Under the pieces are notes generated by a model. It was not told the DNA's origin and did not search any database. It saw only the letters and a list, made by a program, of their open reading frames with translations. A stretch of 56,864 nucleotides of DNA, counting the filler, from Basidiobolus ranarum (taxonomy: Eukaryota): NCBI GenBank assembly GCA_040143965.1. It is 6 parts of 6 records of this genome, joined end to end, with 100 filler letters (N's around TTAATTAATTAA, not from the genome) between each part and the next. Parts side by side here need not be neighbours in the genome. Positions count along the whole stretch, not along the records: positions 28,518 to 37,909 come from JASJQH010000832.1; positions 38,010 to 47,392 come from JASJQH010000833.1; positions 47,493 to 56,864 come from JASJQH010000834.1; 3 more parts are not named here. One strand, written 5' to 3'. Shown piece by piece: positions 36,175-50,288 of this stretch. Position 1 is the stretch's first letter. Every line of letters starts with the position of its first letter. The position numbers and the translations under genes are program-made.

Positions 36175-36938
36175 ATCAGTTTAAACTGGGGAAACAGTTA
36201 TACTAAAGAATATTGGAATCTTTGAGAGTTGAAAAGTGTTCCCTTTTTAGAGTACACCTATAAATTGTTTTGAATAATAGAACAAGTCCAAACAGAATAT
36301 TGACTGTATTTGAGTGAACTGGGGATATAGCTATGAAACACAAAAGTGACGTTTTTTTAAGGAATCTAGGTTGTTTGTTTCCAACACTCTTGAACTAATT
36401 CGCTCTATTTCATCCACATGATCCATTTCTCCTGAGAGACTCTTTTTTACTACCCAACTCTGAGCGTATTACGATAATTTAGTATCGGTAAGTTATATCT
36501 AGTATTATGTGGTGAGAAGATTACCATGTCGATCCGTCGTCAACACACAGTCACTATATCCATTGGAAAAGTGACTTCGTGTTAAAGAGGCGAAATCCAT
36601 CAAAATCATCGTGTTCTTTTAATTCAGATAATATTTATTCATTTAATACTGTAAATCAAAATCATCACTTAATAATTTCCAATGCAGATCTAGACATTTC
36701 CGTCTAACAAAGCTACTGAAAAAACGTGGGAATTCCTCGGGATATTTGATCTCTTACCACGTGATTTTGAGCTATTTACAAAACAAAGAAACAACCCGAA
36801 ACGAAGGGCGAGCCAGATCTTCACGGAAATATCAAAAAAACTTGGGAAAATTATATTATGCGAAAAGTAAGGAAGAGAGGGAAAGTAACAATGTTTGATG
36901 AGTAATATTTCTAGTGTAATTTATAATATATCCAGAGA

Positions 36939-37909
36939 TTAGATATCCATGGACTCATCATCATCTTCATCGGCCTCAGCCTCCATCTCTTCGTCATCTT
37001 CAGACTCACTATCATCTGCAGGCAAAGTGAGAGTAGGCTTCTCTTCAATTTCCACAGCAGCAGCCCCTGGTGCAATACCACGGCCTTCAAATGAGCGACG
37101 GATACCAGGGTTAGTAGCCAAATCCCAAATATGCACTTCACCTTTAGAGCCAGCAACTCCAAGCTGGAAGGCAGAGTCTGGGCAAAAGCTTGCACTGAAG
37201 ATTTTTCCAACATCCAAATTACGGCTGGTAACCATACTGGGTTTGTTTTCTTTAATATCCCAGACCTTGACTATCTTATCAGTGGAGCCTGTAACAAGCA
37301 AGCCAGGAACAACAAGATTGACATCCATGGCGGAGACTGGAGAGTCGAGGGCATGGAGGGTGAAGATGGGGGCAGAGTTGGGATTACGAACATCGAAGCA
37401 AAGAACAGTACCAGCTTCGGTAGATACATAGAATTGTTGAGGTTGGAATGGATCCCATTTAATGCATTCAACATCTGAGTCGATACTCCAAGTAGAGATG
37501 TTTTCAGGGGAGCGAGAATCAAAGGCAGCAATAACCTTATCATAACCACCGGTAAGCATAACAGTAGACTCAACTGGATGCCACAAGACTGATTGAACTT
37601 TGTCTTTGTGATGCTCGAAAGATCTGACACATGAAGCAGAGGCCAAATCCCAGATTTTAACAGTAGTATCGGCAGAAGAACTAGCAAGCATGTTGCGATG
37701 GTTCTTGTTCCAAGAGAGAGACATAACGGCATCAGTATGATAGTTGGCGTTGATTTTCTTGGCCTTCTTTCCACGTTTGGTTTTTTTATCAGGGTTACCA
37801 AGAATCAAATCGGGATACATAGAATCGACTGTATCCAAGTCCCAGATTTCAATATCAGGGTCGAATTTACAAACGGCACCACAGTTACCAGACCCTTCAC
37901 CCGGATGCT
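36939..37909 (-). CDS. PWP1: Periodic tryptophan protein 1 (WD40), 3' part
   Basis: FDPDIEIWDLDTVDSMYPDLILG, HTDAVMSLSWN, LASSSADTTVKIWDL, SRNLDVGKIFS and an acidic tail. The 5' part is cut by the spacer. Confidence 0.93.
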
Positions 37910-38009
37910 NNNNNNNNNNNNNNNNNNNNNNNNNNNNNNNNNNNNNNNNNNNNTTAATTAATTAANNNNNNNNNNNNNNNNNNNNNNNNNNNNNNNNNNN
38001 NNNNNNNNN
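37910..38009. other. Artificial contig-joining spacer
   Basis: N44-TTAATTAATTAA-N44. Confidence 0.99.
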
Positions 38010-38914
38010 TTGAATAAATAGATTGGATAGGAATATTTCCGGTTACATACGTAGAAGAGTCAATCAAAAGGACTCATCTATACCAGTTACCGGATTTTTA
38101 ACTCTGGCCCAAATTCATACACCAAATCGAGCACGGGATAGTCTCGTCGGTAAGCAGAAGGGCTAAGCGTTGTAAAATGCTTGTTCTTTGCTTACGGTGT
38201 CGTATTATATACTAAATTCTTGGGTACTCTGGAACTTTCCATACACGTTGTAATAGCCTATCAGAATGCTTGACGTCACTATTAACTCAGCCTTCACAGG
38301 AATGACTCATTGAGGCTGATTGTTATCAAACAGCTTGTTGGCAAGGTAGTAGTTGTGGTGATGAGCCAGGGTAGAGAGCTGATAATGGGGGAGATAGACC
38401 AAGACGATCCCTAATGATTGCTTGTGTGCTACGTCAGAGCATTTCCGCATTGTTGCCTACTTCTAAATAATATGATTTTCTGGTCATGACTGTCTGCATA
38501 TATTATGATTTTCACTGCAGAAATCCTGTGACTTCTCACTGGCAAAAGCCCAGTCCTGCATGGATTTAGCTGGGGACAAATATCGGTCACTTCTATCTAG
38601 TGCTATACCAATGTATAGCTTCACTATCCTTAACTCCTATAAACCGATACAGATTCAATCATGTGATCAAGTTCATTTGAGCCTGTGTTGAAGCCACATC
38701 CAAAGCAGAATTCAGAATAGATCCAATCTATTTAAAGTGTAAAACTCGGTAAACATTACATCCATAGGCACACGTCAAATAAGTTCATTTATTGGGTTGA
38801 ATTGAATAAACGCGCTTAAATATAACCTCTCCCTAAAAACTCCCCGTAACTGACTCCACTCATACCTAACCCAACCCATACTTTTCTCAGGTTGAAACCG
38901 GATTCCTCGACAAT

Positions 38915-39767
38915 ATGCCAGTGAATGACGAAGGGGAAATATTCTCTTCTACTGAAGGAACCCAAGTTCTATCACCAGAGCAACGTAAAACTCGTTCCAA
39001 TACCACAGGAACAACAAGAACTAGTTTTCCCGAGCCGCGTCGTCGTGGAAATCGACGAACCCCAAGAGATGCTCCAAGTAAAGCGAAAGAAACCTTTATT
39101 GAGTTATTAAAAGACCACCCAGATATCAAGGAGCGTACACCTAGTCATCTATACTGCGCTTTATGTGATTGTGATATTAGAGTAAGATCCCTTAATGATT
39201 ACTTGACTGTGTCAAGACACATCGCTAGAGAAAAGCACCAAGTAAATTTTGCTAAGAGATTAGTATCCATTGGTAAGCATAAAGGCAGATAGATTGTTGA
39301 GGAAGAAACTCGCTTTATTTTTATTGACGTTTTTCCATTGCAGCCACAGCCGGTGCAAAACTAGTGGAAGACACAACTAAGAATCAAGGTAATACACAGG
39401 CCGGTCAAGAGGTTTTTGAAAATGGTACTATAGGTTTTTATTTTTCTATCTCAAAAGCATTATGGTCTCATTCGATATATGTTACGTCATAGATAAAGGA
39501 ATACGAATTGTTCTTCAACACGCTAGTAAGACACTGGAGGATTTCGATCTACCTTGGAGGCGTACTATACGCATCCATACCGAAAATGATACGCTAGAGG
39601 ACCTAATAAATGTAGCATACAAGAAACTCGAAGAGGATCCAAAGCTAACACAAATAACAGCGGTATTTTTGGAAGATTTCCAAAGTTTCATATATGATGA
39701 TGGAGATCTCAAGGCGTTAAAGGACAATGACACTTTGGTATTTAAATTTGAACCTATCGCAAATTGA
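38915..39767 (+). CDS. Uncharacterised protein with a C2H2-like Zn finger and a small beta-grasp-like C-terminal domain (exons 38915-39272, 39344-39424, 39493-39767)
   Basis: Three exons splice in frame through phase-1 GT-AG introns. Zn-finger-like LYCALCDCDIRV...SRHIAREKHQ. C-terminus ends IYDDGDLKALKDNDTLVF. Confidence 0.7.
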
Positions 39768-40575
39768 ACTATTCCTATATCTGTGTACATAGAATGCCTT
39801 TCATACCTTGATTAAGGAGATCTGAATTCCTTGGATTGCTCCTCAACAGTTGCTGTACAGTTCCTAGCGAAATGTTGGTGCGTTTATGTAAATAAATTTT
39901 AAAGTTGTCACTAATATCTGTCGAATTTCACGACACATTGTTGGCAGTCTAGTTTGTTTTAGGGTGAATCATTTGTGTAAAATCCATACAACCCAAATTG
40001 GCCATGAATGTGGAGAGCATCATAAGTAATATTACGCGTATGAGAAGTTTCTATAGATCAATGCGCTTGAAGAGACGAGTGCAAGATGTTTTTACTATAT
40101 ATATTGGCTTTAAAGGGGTTCATGTTATTAACAGCAGCTAATAGTAATCATCTCGTTCTTGAATCTCCTTGATGCACTTGACTACGTATTATGAGGCTAT
40201 ATATGGCGTTGTCGAGCATTGCTAGTTATACAAACCATTCAATACGCCAAATGAGACCAAGCTCAATACAATTCCTATGATCAGATGTGATTATCCTTTG
40301 TTAGGAGTTAGCCAAGGTTATCAGAGAGAGGAGGGTAAACATTGAAGCTATCGCAAAAACTGAGCTATCCTGCAACATGATAGGAGGGCGATAAAAGTCA
40401 TTTACAGATGGTTTATATTCAAGAAAAAACATCTACTCAATATACTCAAGCCAAATTGATCCTAATCCTTTCCACAAAAAGGAGCATATAGCCGACTCAA
40501 AATAGAACTCTACGAACTTGTAGAAGTGGGAAATGTTTAAGAAAGAATATCATGATATAAAAGAGAATTACAGAA

Positions 40576-41882
40576 CTAAGAAGCAGTGCGATTGTGTTCC
40601 CTCATCAAAAATTTCAACTCCAGTGTCCTGTCAGCGAAAAACCTGTGCCAACGTATTAACTCGTCTGGTGATAATTGTTCCAGAGACTGTTTAAATTTCT
40701 CCTCATTCATACCCAAGAAATTGAGCATTTCATGGTATTGTTGATTTTGAAAGAAATGCCGACCTTTTCGTCTTCGAGTTTCTCCATTATGTAGAGTGAT
40801 AGGTCGCTTTTTGTTGTGAAGTTTAGCATATAAGCCACATGCATTACATATCGGCTCTCCATTATGGTTTTTACGCCACAGTGGAGTTTGTGTTTGAGAG
40901 CAGTTCACGCATATTATGCTTTTATTAGGGTGTGTGGCATTATTTGTCTTTTTCGTCGATTTGAGTTTAGACCGGGATGCTGAAGTATTTTCAGATATTG
41001 AACTAGGATTTTCCGAAATCGCAGGGAACTGAGGACTTTTCTGATGAATATGTAGAGGGCGGTGCATTCTATACTGTTTGAAGTAAAGCCCTAATATGAA
41101 AGAATATATTGTTAAGTGAAATTCTAGTATCAGGATTCGAAAACCATTTGGAACTTACCACACGCATTACAAAGACAGTGCTTACGATCTAGCGTACGTC
41201 TCCACAAGGGAGTTCTAGTAACGCCACAATTATAGCATGAAAGATTGCGAGCAGACTTAGCCTTACTATTACTACAGCCTCTTCTCATTCTTTCATTATC
41301 TCGGGTCTCAGGAATGCCCATAGCCTCGTTAGCATTGGTTTGATCGGTTGAAGATAATGGAGAGGTAGGACTCTTGAGGCCTAATAAAGAGATTTCCGGT
41401 GATTTATAAATCCAAGCGGAGGAGTCGGAGAGTTCGTGAAGAAATGATACAGCTTTGGTTGTTGACTTTTTGCTCATTGGTGAGTCTATTCTCTGCAATT
41501 GAATTTGTTGGAGATTAAGTCGATCGTCAAAGCCACTCTCAATTCTGGGTGTTCTAATGGTTGATTCAAATCCCTGAGCAAGCTTCGAATCGCCATTTGT
41601 AGATGATCGAGTATTGTGTGCTTCTAGTGTTACGTTTGTAGCAGTAAGTGAAGATTTCTGTTGACCTGACGATATAGCCCAGTGCCTTATATCAGTTGGA
41701 ATCATCTGACTTGGTTTGGAGTTTAAATAGTGGTATTTGTTCATGGAGTGGCGTGTGTGATCTTCACCGAAGGTTGAGTACTCAGGGTGGTGGTATGCAG
41801 GCTGATATGGTTTATTGTTGGTATATGGTATAGCCTGTGAAGGTCTACGTATGCAGAATATATCAGCTAGATAAGGCTGCAA
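40576..41882 (-). CDS. GATA transcription factor with two Zn fingers (intron 41091-41158; 5' exon unresolved)
   Basis: [14 protein letters not shown]...CNACG|LYFKQY (CX2CX18CX2C) and [14 protein letters not shown]...[11 protein letters not shown] (CX2CX17CX2C). Confidence 0.92.
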
Positions 41883-44800
41883 GGGAATAGCAGAACAACA
41901 ATAGGATTGAGTAGCTTATATACTCTTAATATGAACAGTCACATTTTAATTGAACAGGTTTAGGCTCCCTAATGACTTTGATATCCTGGTGCCAGTTTGT
42001 GGTTTTAATTCGTTCGTTCCTCATATGATTTGTTTGAGGCATAGTCTTCGCCGGTCACTAGCTGCGACGCTGAGATATGTGATAATCTATTTTTTTCATG
42101 CGTCTCAGGCTCATATCTTTGACCAGTGGTGGTGACAACCACACCAAAATGCTCTCGAAATGATCCAGTTTAGGAAACTGTGCGAATGAATTTCAGGCAA
42201 CTTTGTTATTAATGTAATCGTTCCATCCTGAACATAAATGTATCCGAGTGGTTAAGTGGAGGTTTGTCCGAAAATCTCCTACCCAGTCAAGTCATTGAGT
42301 TTAACTGTATTACGACGATCGATCACTAGTATGCATTAGAAGAGTACGGCCTCACTATTGAACCAGTACCTAGTAGTGTAAAAGAACCCGCTATCAAATA
42401 GATTATCAAGCATCTTTCATTAATGGATAGCAGAATGGATCTAGCTAACTTGCGGAATTGTTCTGTTTAGCATCTCAGATATGTGCATTCAATGTTGCCA
42501 ATGAAATAAATGTACCTATAATGCATGGCCTGTTGTTCGTTTATAGATTGAAAACTAAGACCATTTGGCCAGACTATATATAGACGATGATGCACTAGTG
42601 GCACCATGTAATGAGACGACAAGTGATTCTAAAAATACTCGAACTAGAGTGTCTTTTTACCTGAAAAGCTTGGTTGTCAGCATAATCGATCAGTTGGGTA
42701 GACATATATTTCTCTTGCTTGACATGTCGCAGGGGTTAGTCACAGATAATTCCCCACAATAATGAAGTGAAATACATGGATTTTTGATAGCGTTGGTGTA
42801 GTTGGTACCATTACCATTACAAATGAATGTCATGGCCACATATCGTGACTTTGTGGCGTTTTCTTTATCCGTACAAATCATCACCCTCAAGCATGAAATG
42901 CAAGAAAACCCATCGATAGATCTTACAACATCCAAATGTGCGTAACATCAACGTCATCTAAAAGTAAAACTCCTGCTTGGATTCTTATCACAATGTTACC
43001 AGATACGGTAGCATTTAGGAACAGTAGCCATTAGCACATCTCTTCACATGAGCTTCGTTATCTCTCTCCCATTTATATGTATTAGCACATAATAAATAGG
43101 CGATGCTTAATGAATAAGCCAATAATTTACTTTGAAAAGCTAAAACTCTGTCATGTTTGAGGTATAGATTCACACAAGCTGAAGATCAGATTTCATATGG
43201 ATCTGCTTCTTGGAATTAGGGTGCTCACAGTTTAAAGCGCCCGTTTGTTAACGATGTATTGCACTGTGCCCACATTTCTGAAGGCCTATCGTATTTGTAA
43301 AATTAGGGAATGTCGGCACCATTGAGGAGATCAAGAATATCGCTCAATTTGTTTGAATACGTGTGCTAGTATTTTGCAACTCAGCCGAAGCCCTGTGTGT
43401 CTGAGATCGAGGTTTAGGGCTATACACTAGATGAACCATATTGAATTATGCCATGATATCACATTTTGCCAATGATGGATATTTAGCATCCCCTGTAAAC
43501 TAGCATATACCTTTCGAGTTCACTCGTATCTCGTTGGATGCTTGACCACTTCTGATGAATTCGGATGAAAGTTAGCTAATCCGTAGCACCTCCACCAATA
43601 GAATACAGTAATGAGTCTTGGTGTTTAGTACATGGTCTAACTCTCAGGAATACTAGTAGACTTCACCAGTCACGTGATGGTTCAGCAAATAAAACTCTTA
43701 AGGTGATAAATATCAGTGAACAAAAGGCCCCTTATTCTCCTAGCAAGTTCAACCATCATGCTAGCAACAACCCCAATATGATTATTCAAAGCTTCGTCTC
43801 CAACCAGCCGTGCTCGTCAGAACTTTTCGCCTAGTCACAATAATGATCATATGGGCTCCGAGTAATTGACTCATATCCCAAGAAGGCTTCATTGGTAGTG
43901 CCCGATTTGTTGAATGGAAGCTCTAGATGGTTCATTGGATAGTGAACTGTCCAATGCCGAAATCATATGCCAATTTTTGCAATTGCATCCAGAGCTTTTG
44001 CCAAATCAACAATGGCATTTATCCGAAATCTCCATTATTTATCATTTCATGATGGTTTTAATTACGGCAATTTCTCGAAAAATCGCCATATTTGTAAAAT
44101 ATATCATCAGTATGTGCCGGCACATGCACTAACTACAAAAAGTGTCGATCAGCATAATTCAAATACGTAATTTCGATTTTCAACATTCGTATTCGGATAT
44201 TCCAATTTCATCAGTGATATCTACACCATTCCGGATACTGTGCCAAAGATAGGATGAGGTCAAGTGAGATAGCTAAAAGGGGCCGATGACAGGATCTTAG
44301 TCAATGTTACACAAATCGAATAACCAATCTCCTGGGCTATCTCACTGTTTCTGACCCTTCTTTATCTATCATCTATCCTTGCACTTGCTACTTAGTAGCC
44401 ACGACGCTGGTTTTAGGAATATTAATACCAATAAGTTCTATAAAAAATTTCATGCATCCATATGAGATCCCTGGGAGAGAGATAAGCTTTTTTCCACCAT
44501 TTGTAACTGTCGAAGAGTATACGCAACTGATATCGAAGGTCTTCTTGCACAAACCACAATTCTCTCTCCATTAAGTGCAGTATTCTGGAGGTACAATGAC
44601 TGCTGCCTGGGAAGGCCGTAAAGAGTGGTGATTAGCTTGCCAGTGGTCACTCGATCCAAGGCGATATTAAATAACTTCAGGTACCCCTTTTATTTTCTTT
44701 TTCGAGGTAATACCAGACTTTCTTTCATGTAATATTCGCCCGGGAAAATGCCAAATCAAACATTGAGTTTTGATGCTAAACCGAGCAGGGAGAATTTTTG

Positions 44801-45675
44801 GTGGGAACAAGCGATAATAAGGTGGCTGGAGTAGGAGTAAGAATAGGCATGGGAGGGCTATTTAGATCCAAAAGCAAAGAGAAATGCATTGCTAATCTTG
44901 GCAACCACTGCACTACATCCAACAGGAGAGAGTGTAGGATCCGCTGTAGGACTAGTGGAAGTGGCAACCAGTATCCAAGGATCCTAAGGGTTTGTCCTCT
45001 ATCAAAACTCCGATATTAATCAAGCCTAACCTGCATTTTTGACGGGAGCAGCCACTTCTGTTGCACGAAGCGCTTATCTTGATGTAGCATCCTGTTTCTG
45101 ACCTTATCCTGTTTTGAAACATTGTGAACTGACTTTTTGACCACATGACATACATGTCTAATGAGAAATTTTTAGCCAATACGTAAGATGTTCTTGGTGA
45201 TTTGCCTTATGTCTGAGCTACTATTTACTGTGGCTCCATCTTAATTCATATGAAATTCTAATCAATAAATTGAATATGCATGGAGTTACGATGGCCAATC
45301 CCAATCAAACCAATACAACCTTGTTCACCGTAATAGAAGTCCACTAGATTTCTACTCAGACTTATTATTGCAAGATTTACCCTATCCCCCTGGTCTGAGA
45401 TTACCGATGATTTGTAATATAAATAGCCGGTATCTTCTTTGCAATGAAGTAACGATTCATTGGGTACTGTTGGCTATCTTATCAAGTCAAACATACTGTA
45501 CTTTCATATCTACCTTTTGTTACACTATTTGATTATCCTTTAGAATCCTCTGATATTCGCGTATCTATTTTAAGGTAATACTTTGTCGAGACAGAGTATA
45601 CACGAATACTAGCATCCAGCTTAACAACAATAACGAACTGTTTTCTTTATTTGATTTTATGTTTAGTACCGTCCA

Positions 45676-47392
45676 ATGAGTTCTTTCGAACATATCCGCC
45701 GTCAAGCTAGTGTTGACCTTGGTGGTCCCATGAAGCTGTTGGTAGCTAACCGAGGTGTAAGTAATGTTATATCACGTATTATTCAGACACACGAGATTTA
45801 TATGATTTTCCGTCTTGATAGGAAATTGCCACTCGCGTCTTTCGTACCGCTCACGAGCTGGCTATGCACACTGTAGCTGTTTTCGCTTACGAAGACAGAC
45901 TTTCTATGCATCGTTACAAAGCCGATGAGGCCTTTCAGATTTCCGAACAAGGAAAATATACTCCGGTTGGAGCTTACCTGGCACAAGATGAAATCATTAA
46001 GATCGCTCAAAAGCGCGGTGTTAAATTCATTCACCCGGGTTATGGTTTTCTGAGTGAAAATGCCGAATTCGCCAAGAAGGTTGAGGCAAACGGAATGCAT
46101 TTCGTAGGTCCCTCCTATGACGTGATAGAAAAACTAGGTGATAAAACTGCCGCTAGAAAAATCGCCATGGAATGTAACGTTCCAGTAGTTCCTGGTACTC
46201 CCGGCCCAGTTAGTACTTTTACTGAAGTTCGTGAATTTGCCAAAGAACACGGATTTCCTATTATCATCAAGGCCGCTATGGGCGGTGGTGGTCGTGGTAT
46301 GCGTGTCGTTAGAGATGATGCGTCTTTAGAAGACTCTTTCCAGCGTGCTCAAAGTGAAGCCTTATCCGCATTTGGTGATGGTACCGTGTTTGTTGAACGT
46401 TTCCTTGACAAACCCAAGCATATTGAAGTACAACTTCTTGCTGATTCTTATGGCAACGTTATTCACTTGTTTGAAAGAGATTGTTCCGTTCAAAGAAGAC
46501 ACCAGAAAGTCGTTGAAATGGCACCTGCTAGAGATCTTGAGCCTCAAATTCGGGATGCCATTCTTGCCGACGCCATTAAAATTGCCAAACATGTCAACTA
46601 TCGTAATGCTGGTACAGCTGAATTTTTGGTCGATCAAATGGGTAGACATTACTTCATTGAAATCAATCCTAGAATTCAGGTGGAACACACTGTAACTGAA
46701 GAAATCACCGGTATCGATATCGTTGCTGCTCAGATTCAAATTGCTGCCGGTGCTTCCTTGGCCCAGCTTGGCCTTGAACAAGGAAATATCAAAACTCGTG
46801 GATATGCTATTCAAGTCCGTATCACTACTGAGGATCCTGCTCAAAACTTCCAGCCTGATACTGGTAAAATTGAAGTGTACAGATCTGCTGGTGGTAACGG
46901 TATTCGTCTTGATGGTGCATCTGGTTTTGCTGGATCCATCATTACTCCTCATTATGACTCTCTTCTTGTCAAAGTCACTTGCACCGGAAGTACCTTTGAA
47001 GTAGCTCGTCGCAAGGTCATTCGAGCTTTAGTCGAATTCCGTATTCGTGGTGTCAAAACCAACATTCCTTTCATTCAAAGACTTCTTACCCACGAGTCAT
47101 TCATTGGTGGAAAATGCTGGACTACCTTTATCGATGATACTCCTGAACTATTCAACCTCGTTCATTCCCAAAATCGTGCTCAAAAATTACTCTCTTATCT
47201 CGGTGATATTGTTGTGAATGGAAGTAGCATCAAGGGACAAACCGGAGAGCCTTCCCTCAAGGCCGCCATTCCTATTCCCCCCCTACCCATTCCACCTAGT
47301 GGGGAACCCAGTGATACCCCCGGTCCTGGTGAGAAAGGTTGGCGTAATTTTTTTTTGGATGAAGGACCTGCGGCCATCGGGCGTGGTATTCG
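45676..47392 (+). CDS. PYC: Pyruvate carboxylase, 5' part (biotin carboxylase domain; intron 45757-45821)
   Basis: KLLVANRG|EIATRVFR, HPGYGFLSEN, GGGGRGMRVV, ERDCSVQRRHQKVVE, FIEINPRIQVEH and QNRAQKLL. Cut by the spacer. A probable 5'UTR intron lies at about 45575-45666. Confidence 0.97.
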
Positions 47393-47492
47393 NNNNNNNN
47401 NNNNNNNNNNNNNNNNNNNNNNNNNNNNNNNNNNNNTTAATTAATTAANNNNNNNNNNNNNNNNNNNNNNNNNNNNNNNNNNNNNNNNNNNN
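47393..47492. other. Artificial contig-joining spacer
   Basis: N44-TTAATTAATTAA-N44. Confidence 0.99.
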
Positions 47493-48671
47493 ATATCTTG
47501 CATATGATATCATCGCCAGTGGGGAGCAGAAACCTTGATCTCACGCTTATCTTCCCCAAAACGCTGCTGGGCGAGTCCGATCTCATTATTCACAGAGCCT
47601 GAACTGCCTTCTAATTAAGAGACTCTGTGTAAGCAGCTGACCTCACAACGACTGCAGAACTAAGTAAATTCTGGGCCCACTGCTTTATATGGCTAAGTTC
47701 CCTTTCTCCTTATTTCCATATTTTCTTCCATGACCATTTTGATCTTGATGTGCTTAATTGAATCCATCATTGCTGTTGCCGCTTTGAAGCAGTAATCGAT
47801 CATTTGACCACTGTTCTCGAAAGATTAAATTCTTGTGCACCAATGGTGTGAATCCTCCCAAAATCTGCCATCTTGCTTTTACTGGGCTTCACTAGCAGTG
47901 TGTCCAGTGTCAGATGGCACTCGTCAAAAAAGGACCAAAGAGGATGGAAGTTGGGGCTCCTGTCTGGGTAAACACACCTTCGATTCCCCAATATCTGGTC
48001 TGTCTGTCTAGCTTCAGAGTTTTCTGTATTTATCAGCGTTTATATTTATTTCGCATTTCATTAGTCCACATACTGGGGTTTTTGGGTGTTTGTGAGCAAT
48101 CATATGACTGTACAGGGCAGATTGAGAGAATATCTGGATCGGTTGAGTGTCTTGGCTGATCAGCATATTTGCATTTCGGCATTTTAGGCCCCCAGGCCAT
48201 ATTAGCGATCTCAAGTATATGCTGTACATTTTCCTTATCTATCATATACACTAGCAAAATTGGATCTCCGGTTAAACCGAGTTGATACCATATTCTACAT
48301 ATTCTGATTGCCTGTGTTCATCACGATTTGTTTAATACCCTTACATCTCCACTTGCTTCTGTTTCTTTTCTTAGACCCCTTTTACTTGAGGATCTTTAGA
48401 ACTCAACGACATACACATCTTGCGAAGGACTTACTGCACTCTATCATCTAAAATACTGGGTTCCCTTTGCTGTTCTTACCATTAATCAACGCCACAAACT
48501 CTACGCGTTTTTCGTTCTACTAAACAAACAAATCTTCCTCGTCGTTGTATACCTGTAACAGACACTCCATCCTCAGCTCCAGAAAAATCACTTTCATTAA
48601 CAAAGTACTTGAAATAAGCCAACATAATACATATCCAATTACTTTCTAAATCTTTTTCCATAGAAATTCAT

Positions 48672-50288
48672 ATGGCTAATCAAGGTCCAACTCAAGTTGC
48701 TTCTTCAACCGGCTCCCGTTTCCTTGGTAATTTCCCTTCTTTTCTAGTACTCCTGCTTAACCTTCGCCTTTCCTATCATAAAACGTTATTGACAAACTGA
48801 TTTAAATAGGTGAAAACGATCCGAGTCAAATCATTCGTGCCTCTGTTAGTGAAGGTAAAACAGGGGAACCTTTAGAAGTTTCTTACACCAACTGTAAAGT
48901 GGTTGGTAATGGATCCTTCGGTGTTGTTCACCAAGCTCAACTTCTTGAAACTGGGGAAGAAATCGCCATCAAAAAAGTTTTACAAGATCGCAGATACAAG
49001 GTTTGTATTTCATGCATGTTTATACAGTAGCACTTCAGAACCCTGATTTTAATTTCCATTTACTCAGAATCGAGAGTTGCAAATCATGAGAACTCTTTCC
49101 CACCCTAATGTTGTGGACCTGAAGGCATTTTTCCACACCAATGGTGAGCGGGTATGTCCTCCAAGTTGATAGTATATATTTCTAAGTTCCACGCTTACTT
49201 TAATTTGTAATACCAACTAGAAAGAGGAAGTTTACTTGAATCTCATCCTCGAGTTTGTCCCGGAAACAATCTACAAAGTTGTCAAACAATACAATAAGAT
49301 GAGACAGCAAGTCCCAATCCTTCACGTGAAGCTCTATATGTATCAACTTTTCCGTTCCTTGGGTTACATCCATTCAATTGGAGTGTGCCATCGTGATATC
49401 AAGCCTCAAAACTTACTCGTTGACAGTAATACTGGTGTTCTAAAGCTGTGTGACTTCGGAAGGTAAGGCACACTCGATAATAATGGAAACTGTTGTACTT
49501 TTTCTAATATCATTATGATCTAACAACTAGTGCTAAAGCACTGGTGCCTGGTGAGCCTAATGTTGCCTACATTTGCTCTCGCTACTACCGCGCACCTGAA
49601 CTAATATTCAGTGCTACAAACTATACTGCTAGCATAGGTAATGTCTATAGCTTTTAAGTGCCATTAGAATTGGATCATCAGTGAAGAATTTTAATTAATT
49701 ATACATTATTACTGTTGTTAGATATTTGGTCCTCTGGATGCGTTATGGCGGAGTTGATATCTGGTCAACCATTATTTCCTGGCGATAGTAGCATCGATCA
49801 ATTAGTCGAAATCATCAAAGTCTTGGGAACACCATCTAGAGAGCAGATTCGCAGCATGAATCCTCATTACGTAGATCATAAATTCCCACAAATTAAGCCT
49901 CACCCTTTTTCCAAGATCTTCCGCTCTCGGGCACCCGAAGATGCCATTGACTTAATTACTCGTCTTCTTGACTACACGCCAAATAACCGACTTACCGCTA
50001 TAGAGGCTATGGCTCACCCCTTTTTTGATGAACTGCGTCAGAATTCTGCCATTTCCAAGGAATTTCCTCCGTTGTTTAACTTCACCCCTCATGGTACTGT
50101 TGCCTTCGTAATAAGAATCCTATTTACATATAATAACCATTGTTCTTTTGATAGAATTATCTATTCGACCAGATCTCATTCGTGCACTTGTACCACCTCA
50201 CCATGAGCATGAGCTACTCGCTCGTGGTATTGATATTCACAATTTTGTTCCTATTCCAAGGAGTCAAACCCAAGTACAGCTTGAGTGA
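48672..50288 (+). CDS. GSK3: Glycogen synthase kinase 3 (exons 48672-48726, 48810-49000, 49068-49151, 49221-49462, 49531-49637, 49722-50093, 50155-50288)
   Basis: [63 protein letters not shown] and AHPFFDELR. Confidence 0.97.

Noticed and set aside
44450-45179. Short overlapping ORFs upstream of pyruvate carboxylase
   Set aside because: No motifs or consistent splicing. A weak RT-like 'RILGYW' is insufficient.
49531-49637. GSK3 deviations NVAY and ELIFSAT, versus the usual NVSY and ELIFGAT
   Set aside because: Small substitutions. The catalytic motifs and the activation-loop Tyr are intact.
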